Shown in pieces: positions 24,374 to 33,133 of a stretch of 41,675 nucleotides of DNA. The position numbers were made by a program, and so were the translations under genes. The notes beneath the pieces are model-generated. The model was not told the origin of the DNA. It saw only the letters and a program-made list of their open reading frames with translations, and made no database searches. The stretch lies in the IMG/VR virus record IMGVR_UViG_3300025087_000160. One strand, given 5' to 3'. Source of the stretch: a virus. Each line of letters starts with the position of its first letter. The first letter of the stretch is position 1.

Positions 24374-24873
24374 TGGCTAGTGGTGACCTTTTAGCTGTTC
24401 TAACACCGCAGGGGAATGAACCTCCTGCTTCGGCATTTGGGACTTTTGACACTAGAAATGGCTACCTTGTTATAGACCTGGATGATACGACTGATGAAAG
24501 TGCAATCTTTAGATTCGCAGTTCCAAATAATTATGCGGGCGGTGGATTTACAGTCAAAGTATTGTGGATGGCGACCTCTGCCACTACGGGAACAATTTCC
24601 TTAGATGTAGCTTTTATGAGCGTAACTGATGACGCAGACGATCTTGATACCAAAGCATTCGCCGCCGCCAATAATGCTAATCCAACCACCGCAAGTGCAA
24701 CAGGAGAGGTTGATTATGTTTCAGTTACTTTCACGGACGGTGCTGATTCTGATTCAATAGCCGCAGGAGAAATGGCTTTTATCAAGATAACAAGAGATGC
24801 AGACGGGACAACCTCAACAGATAATTTAGTTGGAGATGCCGAAATCGTTGAAATTCTTATTTATGAAACATAA
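24373..24873 (+). CDS. Hypothetical virion protein (166 aa) sharing a domain with the tail-fibre C-terminus
   Basis: AAGGAG SD upstream. Alignable by eye with residues ~215-345 of ORF 34168..35229. Confidence 0.6.
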   Translation: MASGDLLAVLTPQGNEPPASAFGTFDTRNGYLVIDLDDTTDESAIFRFAVPNNYAGGGFTVKVLWMATSATTGTISLDVAFMSVTDDADDLDTKAFAAANNANPTTASATGEVDYVSVTFTDGADSDSIAAGEMAFIKITRDADGTTSTDNLVGDAEIVEILIYET

Positions 24874-24990
24874 TATGGTAAAAAAAAAGCCTATTTTCAT
24901 TTCTTTTTCAACCTCCTCTAGGGATTTTAGTTTTCTTCTTAATTCTGCCCTTCCTTTGGATTTATATGAAGTTTATTTATAAGGAAAAAT

Positions 24991-25725
24991 ATGGCAGTAA
25001 GTTTTAATGCTACAACCACAGAAGTTAATTCTGCTTTTGCTTCCCATGCCACTCAAAGGACCTATTCTATATGGACATATAGAGTAGGTAACGGTGAGAG
25101 TGGCTTGGGAAGACTTTTTGATAAGCGAGATGCGGGTGCTCAAGTTGAACTCTTATTTCATGGTGGGGGTGCTGGTGTTGAGTATGTTTATGAAAGAGAT
25201 TTTAGCGGAGATAATGGTAGTTGGTTTTTTGCCCAACCATCTGCTAATACTTGGGTTCATGTTTTAGTGACTTATGATTCTTCCGATGTAGCAAATGACC
25301 CAGTAATGTATTATGACGGTTCCTCACAAAGTCAAACCGGTTCAACTACCCCAACCGGGACAGCTGATACTAATACAGATGTATATGTCGTTGGTAATCG
25401 TGGGGCACAAGATAGGACTTGGGACGGCTATTTATGCGAGTTCGCTATCTGGGATAGGATTTTAACTACTGGAGAAATTGCCGCTTTGAGTAAGGGTTTT
25501 AGTCCTGCCTTTTTTCAGAATAGTTTAGTTGAATATCTGCCAACGGTAAGGGAGGCAATTTCTTATAAAGTAGCTGCCCCGACATTTGTTAATACATCAA
25601 TAGTCGCCCACCCCCGCATCATCTATCCTTCTCCTGCACAGATAAGAAGGTTTGGGGTGGCAGGAGCACCTGCAACAGTAGTCAAAGACCCTATTAGCCC
25701 AGGTATAATCGCATTCCCCAGATGA
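24991..25725 (+). CDS. LamG/concanavalin-A-like lectin domain protein
   Basis: W.HV.VTYD....DP..YYDG....G......TD.YV.GNR......W.G.LCEFAIWDR.LT..EI has the Laminin_G_3-type signature. Confidence 0.6.
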   Translation: MAVSFNATTTEVNSAFASHATQRTYSIWTYRVGNGESGLGRLFDKRDAGAQVELLFHGGGAGVEYVYERDFSGDNGSWFFAQPSANTWVHVLVTYDSSDVANDPVMYYDGSSQSQTGSTTPTGTADTNTDVYVVGNRGAQDRTWDGYLCEFAIWDRILTTGEIAALSKGFSPAFFQNSLVEYLPTVREAISYKVAAPTFVNTSIVAHPRIIYPSPAQIRRFGVAGAPATVVKDPISPGIIAFPR

Positions 25726-25731
25726 TATAAT
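25723..25731 (+). promoter_or_regulatory. Extended -10 TGaTATAAT, 5 nt before the ATG at 25737
   Basis: TGATATAAT-aaagt-ATG. The TGA is the upstream stop codon. Confidence 0.55.
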
Positions 25732-25736
25732 AAAGT

Positions 25737-26699
25737 ATGAGTAGACTTACTTTTTCTCAACAGCTTCAAATTTGTTCTGATGGTGCGGGCAAGGACACGA
25801 GTACGCCCACAACCACCTTTTTTAAAAGGCACATAAACTCAAGAGATAATTTTGTAGTCAGTAAGTTGCCTTCACATTTAACAGAAATTACGAGGACATT
25901 CAGTACGGTTGCAAGCCAGCAATACTATCATTATCCGCCTGAAATAAGAGAAATAGAGAGCCTAGTTATAACGATAGGCTCGGTAAATTATCCCTTAAAA
26001 CCTATACATTCTAATAACGAATGGGCGAGACTTAATGCACTAGATATACAAGCTGGTGCAATTCCACTTTATTATTACAAAAGGCAACGTGATGTAGGTA
26101 TATATCCCATCCCACAGGCGGTTTATACAGGAACAATGGAATATTCTTTACGTGGGGGAGGATTGGTGAGAACAGATTATTCTACTGGGAGCGTAGTTGT
26201 AACTGAGAATGATGCAACTGTCACTGAGGCTGGAACTGCAGCTTGGAGTACGCTTTCAAATGTCAGGCCTGGAGATTTTTTTGTACTTACAGATTCAAAC
26301 GGCGAGCCTCGTGGTAGTTGGTATCGTATTAGTTCAGTCACGTCGGCGGTTGCGTTAGAGCTAGAATCCGTGTTTGAAGAATCTACGGAAAGCACAGTTA
26401 CTTACAAAATAGGCCAGTGTTCTGAAATTCCAGAAGAGTATCAAGAAATCCCAGCATACTTGGCGCTTGGAGACTATTTTGCCAGTTTTCGTCAAAACCA
26501 AATTAAAGCCCAATTTTGGTACAATATGGGATGGACTGGCGATGGAAATAATAGCAATAGGAAAAATAATCAAGATGTTTCTGGCGGATTGTTAGGACTA
26601 TTAAGAGATTATCGAGATAGAAATTCCTCACAACTTATAAGAAGAAAAAAGACTTCAGGGGATGCTCGCTTAAAGGTCTGGGCATCAACAATTTCGTGA
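25737..26699 (+). CDS. Hypothetical virion protein (320 aa), possibly adaptor/tail protein
   Basis: Position upstream of the large tail-like ORF. No diagnostic motif. Confidence 0.5.
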   Translation: MSRLTFSQQLQICSDGAGKDTSTPTTTFFKRHINSRDNFVVSKLPSHLTEITRTFSTVASQQYYHYPPEIREIESLVITIGSVNYPLKPIHSNNEWARLNALDIQAGAIPLYYYKRQRDVGIYPIPQAVYTGTMEYSLRGGGLVRTDYSTGSVVVTENDATVTEAGTAAWSTLSNVRPGDFFVLTDSNGEPRGSWYRISSVTSAVALELESVFEESTESTVTYKIGQCSEIPEEYQEIPAYLALGDYFASFRQNQIKAQFWYNMGWTGDGNNSNRKNNQDVSGGLLGLLRDYRDRNSSQLIRRKKTSGDARLKVWASTIS

Positions 26700-26700
26700 G

Positions 26701-26709
26701 TGTTATAAT
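26701..26709 (+). promoter_or_regulatory. Extended -10 TGtTATAAT, 7 nt before the ATG at 26717
   Basis: GTGTTATAAT-ttaagta-ATG, no SD. Confidence 0.55.
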
Positions 26710-26716
26710 TTAAGTA

Positions 26717-28570
26717 ATGGCTATTTTGCGAATTAACAACTTCAGCGGTGCAATAACTACAATTAGTTCAAAAAGCGGAATTGAGAACTCCGCACGTTTC
26801 ATTAAGGCCGCAAATCCGTTTCAAGACCCCAATTATTTAACTTTAGCCAAAAAGACTACCAAGATAAGCTCGACTACGGTTACGGGGCTTCCCCATTTTT
26901 TTGAAGATTTTAGCCCTTGGTCTACTAATCGTTGTGCTTACGACTCAGCGGGCAAAATTTACGCTATAAGCAACGCCGACTCGGTAAGTTTATTAAGGAC
27001 GGTATCAGGAGGTGCCGGTGAGGGATTGGTAGTCCATGATAACGGGCTTTACTACGCTTTGGCTACAAATATAGGCAGGTATTACCCATTAGACAATTCT
27101 CCGGCCTTTGATGACGCTTTAACGAGCTGGCATAACGCCTCGGACTTGCAGACAACTGGTGGGGGAACGGGTGCGGCTGATTATGTCCCACCAACTTCAA
27201 TAGCTGAGACGGCAACGGCAAGACAAACATTTACAGCAACTTCAGATGTAGCAACGGGTGGCGATCCCGTGAATTCGATCGTGATAGATGTGGACGTCGT
27301 GGGTTCGGGCGATTGGACGGTCACTTTGCACGACGCAAACAACAGAAGCGTGGGAAGCAAGGCCATAGTTAACGGTTCAATGGCAACGGGAGACGTAACT
27401 TTTACGTTTGCCTCTCCTTTAAGAACAGAACCCGGTGAGACTTACCATTTCCACGTCACGACCACGGTTGCGGATGGAGGAGTTGACACCGAAGTCGCGA
27501 CGGATTTAGAGGGTGCGGAATATACTGTTAATTACGGAGTCTTAATAGACGCCGACTGGCACATGATGGCGAGATTCTTTGGCGGATGGGTTGTCGGCAA
27601 TGAAAGATACTTGGGATTTTTTGACAGGTTGGGCGGGACTTATAACCCGACCAAGATAAAGCTTGACCCCGGATTTGAGGCAAGGAATATCTACACGATC
27701 GAGGAGTATGTGGTAGTCGAGGCGTGGAAAGGACAAAGTTTCAGCGAGGTAGAGGAGTCTAAAAGATTCTTCTGGGATGGGATGGAGAATGCCTACAACT
27801 ACGCAGAACCCCTACCCATGGGCGCACCAAATGCAGCGAGAGCCTATCGAAACGAAATAGTCGGCGTATATGGCAACCGAGGTGCGGTTTATACAGGAAG
27901 CAAGCCCTTTACCAAGATAATAGACAAAGTACCCAAACTACTAGATACTAAAATAGTTGAGGTTTATCCAGGCGCGATTGACGAGTACGAAGAAAGATTG
28001 GTGATAGGCTATGGTGCGGTAACAGATGACTCCACAGGTTTAGAGCAGGGAGTTTATGAGTTTGGCAGTCAGACCTCGGCATTGACGAACACTCTTAATT
28101 ATCCTTATATAATTTCAACAGGAACGACTCAGGGAACTACATTAAAGATAGGCGCAGTAAAGAGTTTCGGGACGGATTTATATATCGGCTGTCGCGATGA
28201 TACAAGCTATGAAATTGATAAGGTTGAGGCCGATGATGGATCAACCGATGAAACTGCAACATACCAAAGTCGCATCTTTGATGCGGGGAGTACAGATAAA
28301 AGAAAACAGGCTATAAAACTGGAGGCAAATTTCGAAGCTTTGGTTTCGGGCGATTCTTTAACATTATATTACAAAATCGACCGTGGGAGCTGGGTTTCTG
28401 GTTCAGCTGTTACAACGGTGGGTGAAACAAAAGCGGAATTATATATAAATTCTATATTTCGGGAGATAGAAATAAGGGTAGATTTTTCTACAAGTGCGGT
28501 AACGTTTCCTCGAATTACAGGTTTGGAATTTGTGTACGAACCAATGGAAGAGGAAGATGAATCCGCCTAG
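26717..28570 (+). CDS. Hypothetical large virion protein (617 aa), putative tail component
   Basis: Size and position only. Confidence 0.5.
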   Translation: MAILRINNFSGAITTISSKSGIENSARFIKAANPFQDPNYLTLAKKTTKISSTTVTGLPHFFEDFSPWSTNRCAYDSAGKIYAISNADSVSLLRTVSGGAGEGLVVHDNGLYYALATNIGRYYPLDNSPAFDDALTSWHNASDLQTTGGGTGAADYVPPTSIAETATARQTFTATSDVATGGDPVNSIVIDVDVVGSGDWTVTLHDANNRSVGSKAIVNGSMATGDVTFTFASPLRTEPGETYHFHVTTTVADGGVDTEVATDLEGAEYTVNYGVLIDADWHMMARFFGGWVVGNERYLGFFDRLGGTYNPTKIKLDPGFEARNIYTIEEYVVVEAWKGQSFSEVEESKRFFWDGMENAYNYAEPLPMGAPNAARAYRNEIVGVYGNRGAVYTGSKPFTKIIDKVPKLLDTKIVEVYPGAIDEYEERLVIGYGAVTDDSTGLEQGVYEFGSQTSALTNTLNYPYIISTGTTQGTTLKIGAVKSFGTDLYIGCRDDTSYEIDKVEADDGSTDETATYQSRIFDAGSTDKRKQAIKLEANFEALVSGDSLTLYYKIDRGSWVSGSAVTTVGETKAELYINSIFREIEIRVDFSTSAVTFPRITGLEFVYEPMEEEDESA

Positions 28571-29204
28571 GACAATTTTTATGACAAACAATTTTAACAA
28601 TATCCCACCGGCAGGTGTATCTGCTGCCCAATTTAGTGCAAGGATAGGCAGGCGTGATGTATTGCCTACTTCTATTCGTTTCAGACTGACCGAGTTTATT
28701 AATAACGCAACAGGAAACTTGGAGGTTAAAGATAATTCAGGAAATGTATTTTTGATATTGGACAGAGCCAACGGAGAGGTAGTTTTTTATAACAATGACG
28801 GAGTAACCGAAGGTACTGAGTTTTATAGGCCGGTTTCTTTTGAACACACTTTTACAGGAAGCGGAAGTTATCTTGATAACACGGGAAGCGAGTTCAAATT
28901 CAATGCTGATGACTTCCCTGGGTTCGACTTTGCGTATGAAGCGTGTATGAGTGTGGAGCAAAGCGGAAGAACAGCATATTCACGGATTTACAATATAACA
29001 GATGGTTCTGCTGTTACTGGTTCTGAAATTACTTCGACAGCAGTTGGAATTACTGCACAACTTCCACAGGCGGTAAGAAGTGCTGGTTTAACCTTTCCGA
29101 GTGGAGAAAAGGATTACATAATTCAACGAAAACAAGACCCCGCAGGAGACGGAGGAGATAATATGCACATGTACTTAGCAACTTTGGTTTTTGACAAACA
29201 ATGA
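28557..29204 (+). CDS. Hypothetical virion protein (215 aa)
   Basis: The track ORF starts at 28530. I chose the internal ATG at 28557, preceded by GAGGAAG and overlapping the upstream stop. Confidence 0.5.
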   Translation: MNPPRTIFMTNNFNNIPPAGVSAAQFSARIGRRDVLPTSIRFRLTEFINNATGNLEVKDNSGNVFLILDRANGEVVFYNNDGVTEGTEFYRPVSFEHTFTGSGSYLDNTGSEFKFNADDFPGFDFAYEACMSVEQSGRTAYSRIYNITDGSAVTGSEITSTAVGITAQLPQAVRSAGLTFPSGEKDYIIQRKQDPAGDGGDNMHMYLATLVFDKQ

Positions 29205-29344
29205 AACTTTTAAAAGTAACATTGTTAATTGCTCAAATAATGGTAGTTGCAGTTTATACAATAATGTTTGTTTGGTGGCTTATTTTCTGGTTTCACCCAA
29301 ACCACCCTGATTTAATTGAGATGCTATGGCAAAAGTTAATTTAG
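29201..29344 (+). CDS. Hypothetical small membrane protein (47 aa)
   Basis: ATGA-coupled. Hydrophobic core LLIAQIMVVAVYTIMFVWWLIFWF. Confidence 0.4.
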   Translation: MKLLKVTLLIAQIMVVAVYTIMFVWWLIFWFHPNHPDLIEMLWQKLI

Positions 29345-29556
29345 GACAACACTTCAGTTTTTATCTTGATACAGAAGCGGGTTTATTCATCCTTGAAACA
29401 CGAAGCGTCAAACCGGCTCTTATTGTCGATATTCCTGTTCAGAAAATAACAGAGATAAAAGATGTAACCTGGGATAAAGACAAAGAAACTTTTGAAGATG
29501 TCTCGAAGAAAAAGCCCGAGAAGGTGGTTGTTTTTGATAAGAATAACAAAGTCTGA
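29326..29556 (+). CDS. Hypothetical protein (76 aa)
   Basis: Track ORF, co-oriented. Confidence 0.5.
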   Translation: MAKVNLGQHFSFYLDTEAGLFILETRSVKPALIVDIPVQKITEIKDVTWDKDKETFEDVSKKKPEKVVVFDKNNKV

Positions 29557-29569
29557 ATTACCTTGCTTG

Positions 29570-29578
29570 TGTTATAAT
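29570..29578 (+). promoter_or_regulatory. Extended -10 TGtTATAAT without an adjacent ATG
   Basis: GTGTTATAAT-aaagtaa-GGA. Same consensus as the other promoters, but followed by a hairpin instead of a start codon. Confidence 0.5.
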
Positions 29579-29594
29579 AAAGTAAGGAGAAATT

Positions 29595-29626
29595 ACTCCA
29601 GCTAAACGGCTGGAGTTTTTATTTTT
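29595..29626 (+). terminator. Intrinsic-terminator-like hairpin
   Basis: ACTCCAGC-taaacg-GCTGGAGT followed by TTTTATTTTT. Ends 3 nt before the ATG at 29629. Confidence 0.7.
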
Positions 29627-29628
29627 AA

Positions 29629-30438
29629 ATGGCACTAACTGAAGAAATATTAAGAAAAAAGTTTGGGTATAACGATCCTAATTTTATAAATTCAATTTTG
29701 AGCGGTCGCGAGCCCGAACTTGCGGCACGTCTCGAAAGAGAATCACAGCCCGCGCCAGTGCCAACACCCGCTCCAATCCAACCCGTTGCTGATTTCCAGG
29801 CTGAACAGAGAGCAAGAATGGGCGCATTCACAACCAAACTCGGCGAAGTGCCGGAACAACTAACGGCAGTCCGAACCGCACTTAAACTCCCCGAAGCTTA
29901 CGAGACATACGGACAGGCAGGCAAGACGGCAAGAGATATCGGTTATACGATGGAGGATATGCCTCAGGCAGTTCAACAGGCATTATCAGGTCGAGGTGTA
30001 TCAGCCGGACAGATTACGGGAAGGTCTGCGGCAGAAATCAGGGGGCTGCAACCCGCGCTCACTGCGGCCAGCAGGGGACTTGAAAGCGCAGGTTCAACGC
30101 TTCAAGGTCTTTTAAGTCAATACCAAACGGAAAAAGCTGATATATTTACTCCGCTCCAGATAGAAGGGACTTTAATTTCAGCGCAATCAGCGAATGAATA
30201 TGATCTTATGAAAACACAAATAACTTCGGCTTTGAATAGAGAAATTACACAAATGCAGGAGACGGGCGCAACAGATAGGGCAAATATTGCTAGAGCCGTA
30301 GAAATGGCAAAATTAGAGGATAAGTATGGCGGTATCAGCTTTCAAGATTTGGGAACTCAACTAGGAATATTTAAGGGAACTGAATTAGTCGGAACACAAC
30401 CGATAACTAAATTCGGTTCAACAGATACGGGTTGGTAA
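29629..30438 (+). CDS. Hypothetical A/Q/E-rich protein (269 aa), possibly an internal virion/ejection protein
   Basis: Composition and position only. Confidence 0.45.
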   Translation: MALTEEILRKKFGYNDPNFINSILSGREPELAARLERESQPAPVPTPAPIQPVADFQAEQRARMGAFTTKLGEVPEQLTAVRTALKLPEAYETYGQAGKTARDIGYTMEDMPQAVQQALSGRGVSAGQITGRSAAEIRGLQPALTAASRGLESAGSTLQGLLSQYQTEKADIFTPLQIEGTLISAQSANEYDLMKTQITSALNREITQMQETGATDRANIARAVEMAKLEDKYGGISFQDLGTQLGIFKGTELVGTQPITKFGSTDTGW

Positions 30439-30440
30439 CT

Positions 30441-32036
30441 ATGCCTATTTCAAAATACAATCCAGATGGGACAGTCGATATTTTTAACAAAAAGACGGGT
30501 GAAGTTAGAACTGGCATAAGACCAGAAACACTTGGCTCAATCAGTCCTAGTTTAGTGGCTGAATATCAGATGAGTCAGTCCCCACAGGCCACTTTGGAAA
30601 GAAAAACTGCTGAAGCTGGTTTACAAGAATTGGAAACAGGAGAAGGTCCTACCGCAAAAACTGAAAATGTAGTCAATCAACTAGAAAGCCTGTTTTTTGG
30701 AGAAGGGCGCAATGAACCATTGGCGGTTGGCGAGGCTGGTTTTGGGGGACGATTGCCTGGGGTTGTAGCTGGAGCTGAAAGAGCAGTTTCACCTGGTGAA
30801 CCTGGCTCTGCAACCGAAAGACTTAATACCTATATAAGAACTCTTGAGTCAGTCAGACCTCAACTTGCAAAAGCTGCAGGGGATTCTGGGAATATCGCTT
30901 TTCAAGAGCAACTTCAAGCTGGCAAAGGACTTCCACAGCCGACAGATACTCCGACTGAAGCTATAGAGCTTATGCAATCGGCAAGATTGAAATTTGGATT
31001 AGAGCGTTCACCCGAACTTGATAGATTAAAAGAACAAATAATAACAGAACAAGGCGGTGAAGAAAGAGTGGTTGCTGAAAAGGCAGTTGGACCGACAGGT
31101 GAGTTTAAAGATAGAGGATTCTTGGAGAAGTTATTCGCAACGGGCGGGATACAAAAATATATTAGCGAAGGCCCTGGAATTGCTTTAGAGGGAGTAAAAG
31201 CCACGGGCCAAAATATAGCTGATTTATTGGGTGGAGACATCGAATCAGCAGTTGCAAGGAGCGAAGAATTTAAGCCACAAGTAGAAAGAGTAAAAGAATT
31301 GGATGAGGCGGCAAGAGAAGAAATAGCAACTAAGTTAGAGACAGTAGCAGGTATTCAACTAATTAAAAGTTATCTAGGGCCAAAACTTATGAGTATCTTC
31401 AAAGGAAAATCACCAGAACTTATAGACAAAACTTTGAAACAAGGAGCCGAACAGATACTTAAAGGTAAAGAAGTAAGAAACGCCGCAATTGAAGAAGCAC
31501 AAAGTGTTGGTCGTAAAGTAAATGGAACTAAAGTATTTAATTCTATTGAACAATGGGCAGATGATGCGATTCCTAGCGCCACACCATCGGAAGAGAAAGG
31601 AATCAGAGCCTTACTAACAAAAGCACAAAAGTTTTTCAACGGTAAAAATCTTAACCCACAAACCGCAAAAAGAAGATGGGACACAGCAGTTCAAGGATTT
31701 AAAGATTCTGGCAAAGCTGGAGATACGATCAAGGCAGGGTATCATCGAGCAATTAGAGATGGCGTAAGACAAGAATTGGACGAAATAACAAATGGCGCCT
31801 TTGAAGAAGGAACCAGACTTATACATGAGGGGTTAAATGTAGATAAATTACTAAGTGGTATTTCAAAGAGTTTACAAAGAAAAGAAGTGTTAAAAACGAT
31901 TAGCAAAGGGCCTCCAAGTTTTGCTAGGAAGGTTGCAACGGGAGCTTTGGAAACTGGCGCAAAGGGTTTGGGATTATATGCAGTTGCTAAAGCGTTAGGA
32001 CTTCAGTTCCCAGGTGCCGCCTATCCACAAGAATAA
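30441..32036 (+). CDS. Hypothetical alpha-helical A/G/E/K-rich protein (531 aa), internal virion or tape-measure-like
   Basis: The track start at 30432 is a TTG, so I used the first ATG at 30441. Composition and position only. Confidence 0.45.
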   Translation: MPISKYNPDGTVDIFNKKTGEVRTGIRPETLGSISPSLVAEYQMSQSPQATLERKTAEAGLQELETGEGPTAKTENVVNQLESLFFGEGRNEPLAVGEAGFGGRLPGVVAGAERAVSPGEPGSATERLNTYIRTLESVRPQLAKAAGDSGNIAFQEQLQAGKGLPQPTDTPTEAIELMQSARLKFGLERSPELDRLKEQIITEQGGEERVVAEKAVGPTGEFKDRGFLEKLFATGGIQKYISEGPGIALEGVKATGQNIADLLGGDIESAVARSEEFKPQVERVKELDEAAREEIATKLETVAGIQLIKSYLGPKLMSIFKGKSPELIDKTLKQGAEQILKGKEVRNAAIEEAQSVGRKVNGTKVFNSIEQWADDAIPSATPSEEKGIRALLTKAQKFFNGKNLNPQTAKRRWDTAVQGFKDSGKAGDTIKAGYHRAIRDGVRQELDEITNGAFEEGTRLIHEGLNVDKLLSGISKSLQRKEVLKTISKGPPSFARKVATGALETGAKGLGLYAVAKALGLQFPGAAYPQE

Positions 32037-32112
32037 GACTTCTATAAAATATCTAACATTTCCAATATCAAGGCTATAAAAGTGAAGAAAATCCAGGCTG
32101 ATAAGAATTCAA

Positions 32113-32370
32113 TCATATTTTCTCAACTCCTCCCAATAAATCTTCTTTGGCAGCTTTTTCCATTTCCTCCAAGCAACTCTTGTATCCCCAGTCCTCATCT
32201 GTTTTTTTAGCACTCATTTCCTGGCAGAATTTGACGACATCAAATTTAGTGACTCTTTCTATTGGTTGCTCAACTTTTAAAAGTTTACTTAGTTCAAACA
32301 AGAAGAATCCACCGAAGGCGATAAAAAGAAGAGTTTGGATAATTACTATTCCTACAAGTAATTTATTCAT
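32113..32370 (-). CDS. Opposite-strand small membrane-anchored protein (85 aa)
   Basis: Internal ATG at 32370 gives MNKLLVGIVIIQTLLFIAFGGFFLF.. It sits 7 nt downstream of TTGACA-17-TAGAAT on the minus strand. Confidence 0.6.
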   Translation of the reverse strand: MNKLLVGIVIIQTLLFIAFGGFFLFELSKLLKVEQPIERVTKFDVVKFCQEMSAKKTDEDWGYKSCLEEMEKAAKEDLLGGVEKI

Positions 32371-32377
32371 TGTGTGA

Positions 32378-32406
32378 ATTCTAATCCCTTTAGAAGGCAT
32401 TGTCAA
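32378..32406 (-). promoter_or_regulatory. Consensus promoter TTGACA-17-TAGAAT (minus strand), 7 nt before the ATG
   Basis: Complement of 32401..32406 is TTGACA. Complement of 32378..32383 is TAGAAT. Confidence 0.7.
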
Positions 32407-32428
32407 ATACATTAGATACTGATATAAT
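32400..32428 (+). promoter_or_regulatory. Promoter TTGTCA-17-(TGa)TATAAT, 6 nt before the ATG at 32435
   Basis: -35 at 32400..32405 overlaps the minus-strand -35 by 5 bp. -10 at 32423..32428. Confidence 0.7.
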
Positions 32429-32434
32429 TAGTTA

Positions 32435-33133
32435 ATGCCAAAAGTTATAAAAACTTGTTCAAATTGTGGTAAGCAGTTCGGACACTTTACTTCAAATGGT
32501 CCTGGGAAATTTTGCTCCAAAAAATGTTATTGGAAAAACTTAAAAGGTAAAGACCCTGAGCATTTACATACGCCAGAGATTCAAAAAAAGGCAGGATTAT
32601 CTCAAAGGGGTAAATTTGTTTCTGAAGAAACCAGACTAAAACAAAGTGAAGCACAAAAGAAAAGATTCAAAAAAGAAAATCCTTGGAATAAAGGTTTAAC
32701 TGCTAAGGATAATCCGATTATAGGGGTAACTGCAGCTAAAGCCAGGAAGGCAAAAGAAGGAATGTCGGCGTGGAATAAGGGGTTGACCAAAGAAACCGAT
32801 AAAAGAGTGGCCAAATATTCAAAGAGTTTAAAGGGAATGAAAAAATGGTGGCAATCTGATGAAAAACACCATGCTTGGAAAGGTGATAATGTTGGTTACA
32901 TTTCACTTCATACATGGATAGCAAGAAAACTGGGAAGACCAAACATTTGTCAACTTTGTGGAAAATCAGGTTTCAAAAGGAAAGAAATAGATTGGGCAAA
33001 TAAAAATCATAAATACAAAAGAAACTTAAATGATTGGTTAAGATTGTGTAAATCTTGTCACTTCAGGTATGACAAGAGAGGTTTTAGAAAAGGAAATGTA
33101 ATATGGAAAAAAAGTTTATCTCAAGCCTGCTAA
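32435..33133 (+). CDS. HNH-like homing-endonuclease family protein with WNKG repeats (232 aa)
   Basis: N-terminal CSNCG..FCSKKC. PWNKGLTAKD and AWNKGLTKE repeats. C-terminal CQLCG...EIDWANK...LCKSCH, paralogous to ORF 33724. AT-rich relative to its neighbours. Confidence 0.65.
   Translation: MPKVIKTCSNCGKQFGHFTSNGPGKFCSKKCYWKNLKGKDPEHLHTPEIQKKAGLSQRGKFVSEETRLKQSEAQKKRFKKENPWNKGLTAKDNPIIGVTAAKARKAKEGMSAWNKGLTKETDKRVAKYSKSLKGMKKWWQSDEKHHAWKGDNVGYISLHTWIARKLGRPNICQLCGKSGFKRKEIDWANKNHKYKRNLNDWLRLCKSCHFRYDKRGFRKGNVIWKKSLSQAC

Noticed and set aside
24826-24900. 24-codon minus-strand ORF (MKIGFFFTILCFINKNFNDFGISN) preceded by GAGGAGG, antisense to the 3' end of ORF 24373..24873. The plus strand of the 24874..24990 spacer is a pyrimidine-rich tract. 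A type-I-toxin-like peptide was considered.
   Set aside because: The SD spacing is long (about 11 nt), no promoter was seen, and the ORF is very short. It cannot be distinguished from chance in a purine/pyrimidine-skewed spacer without expression or conservation data.
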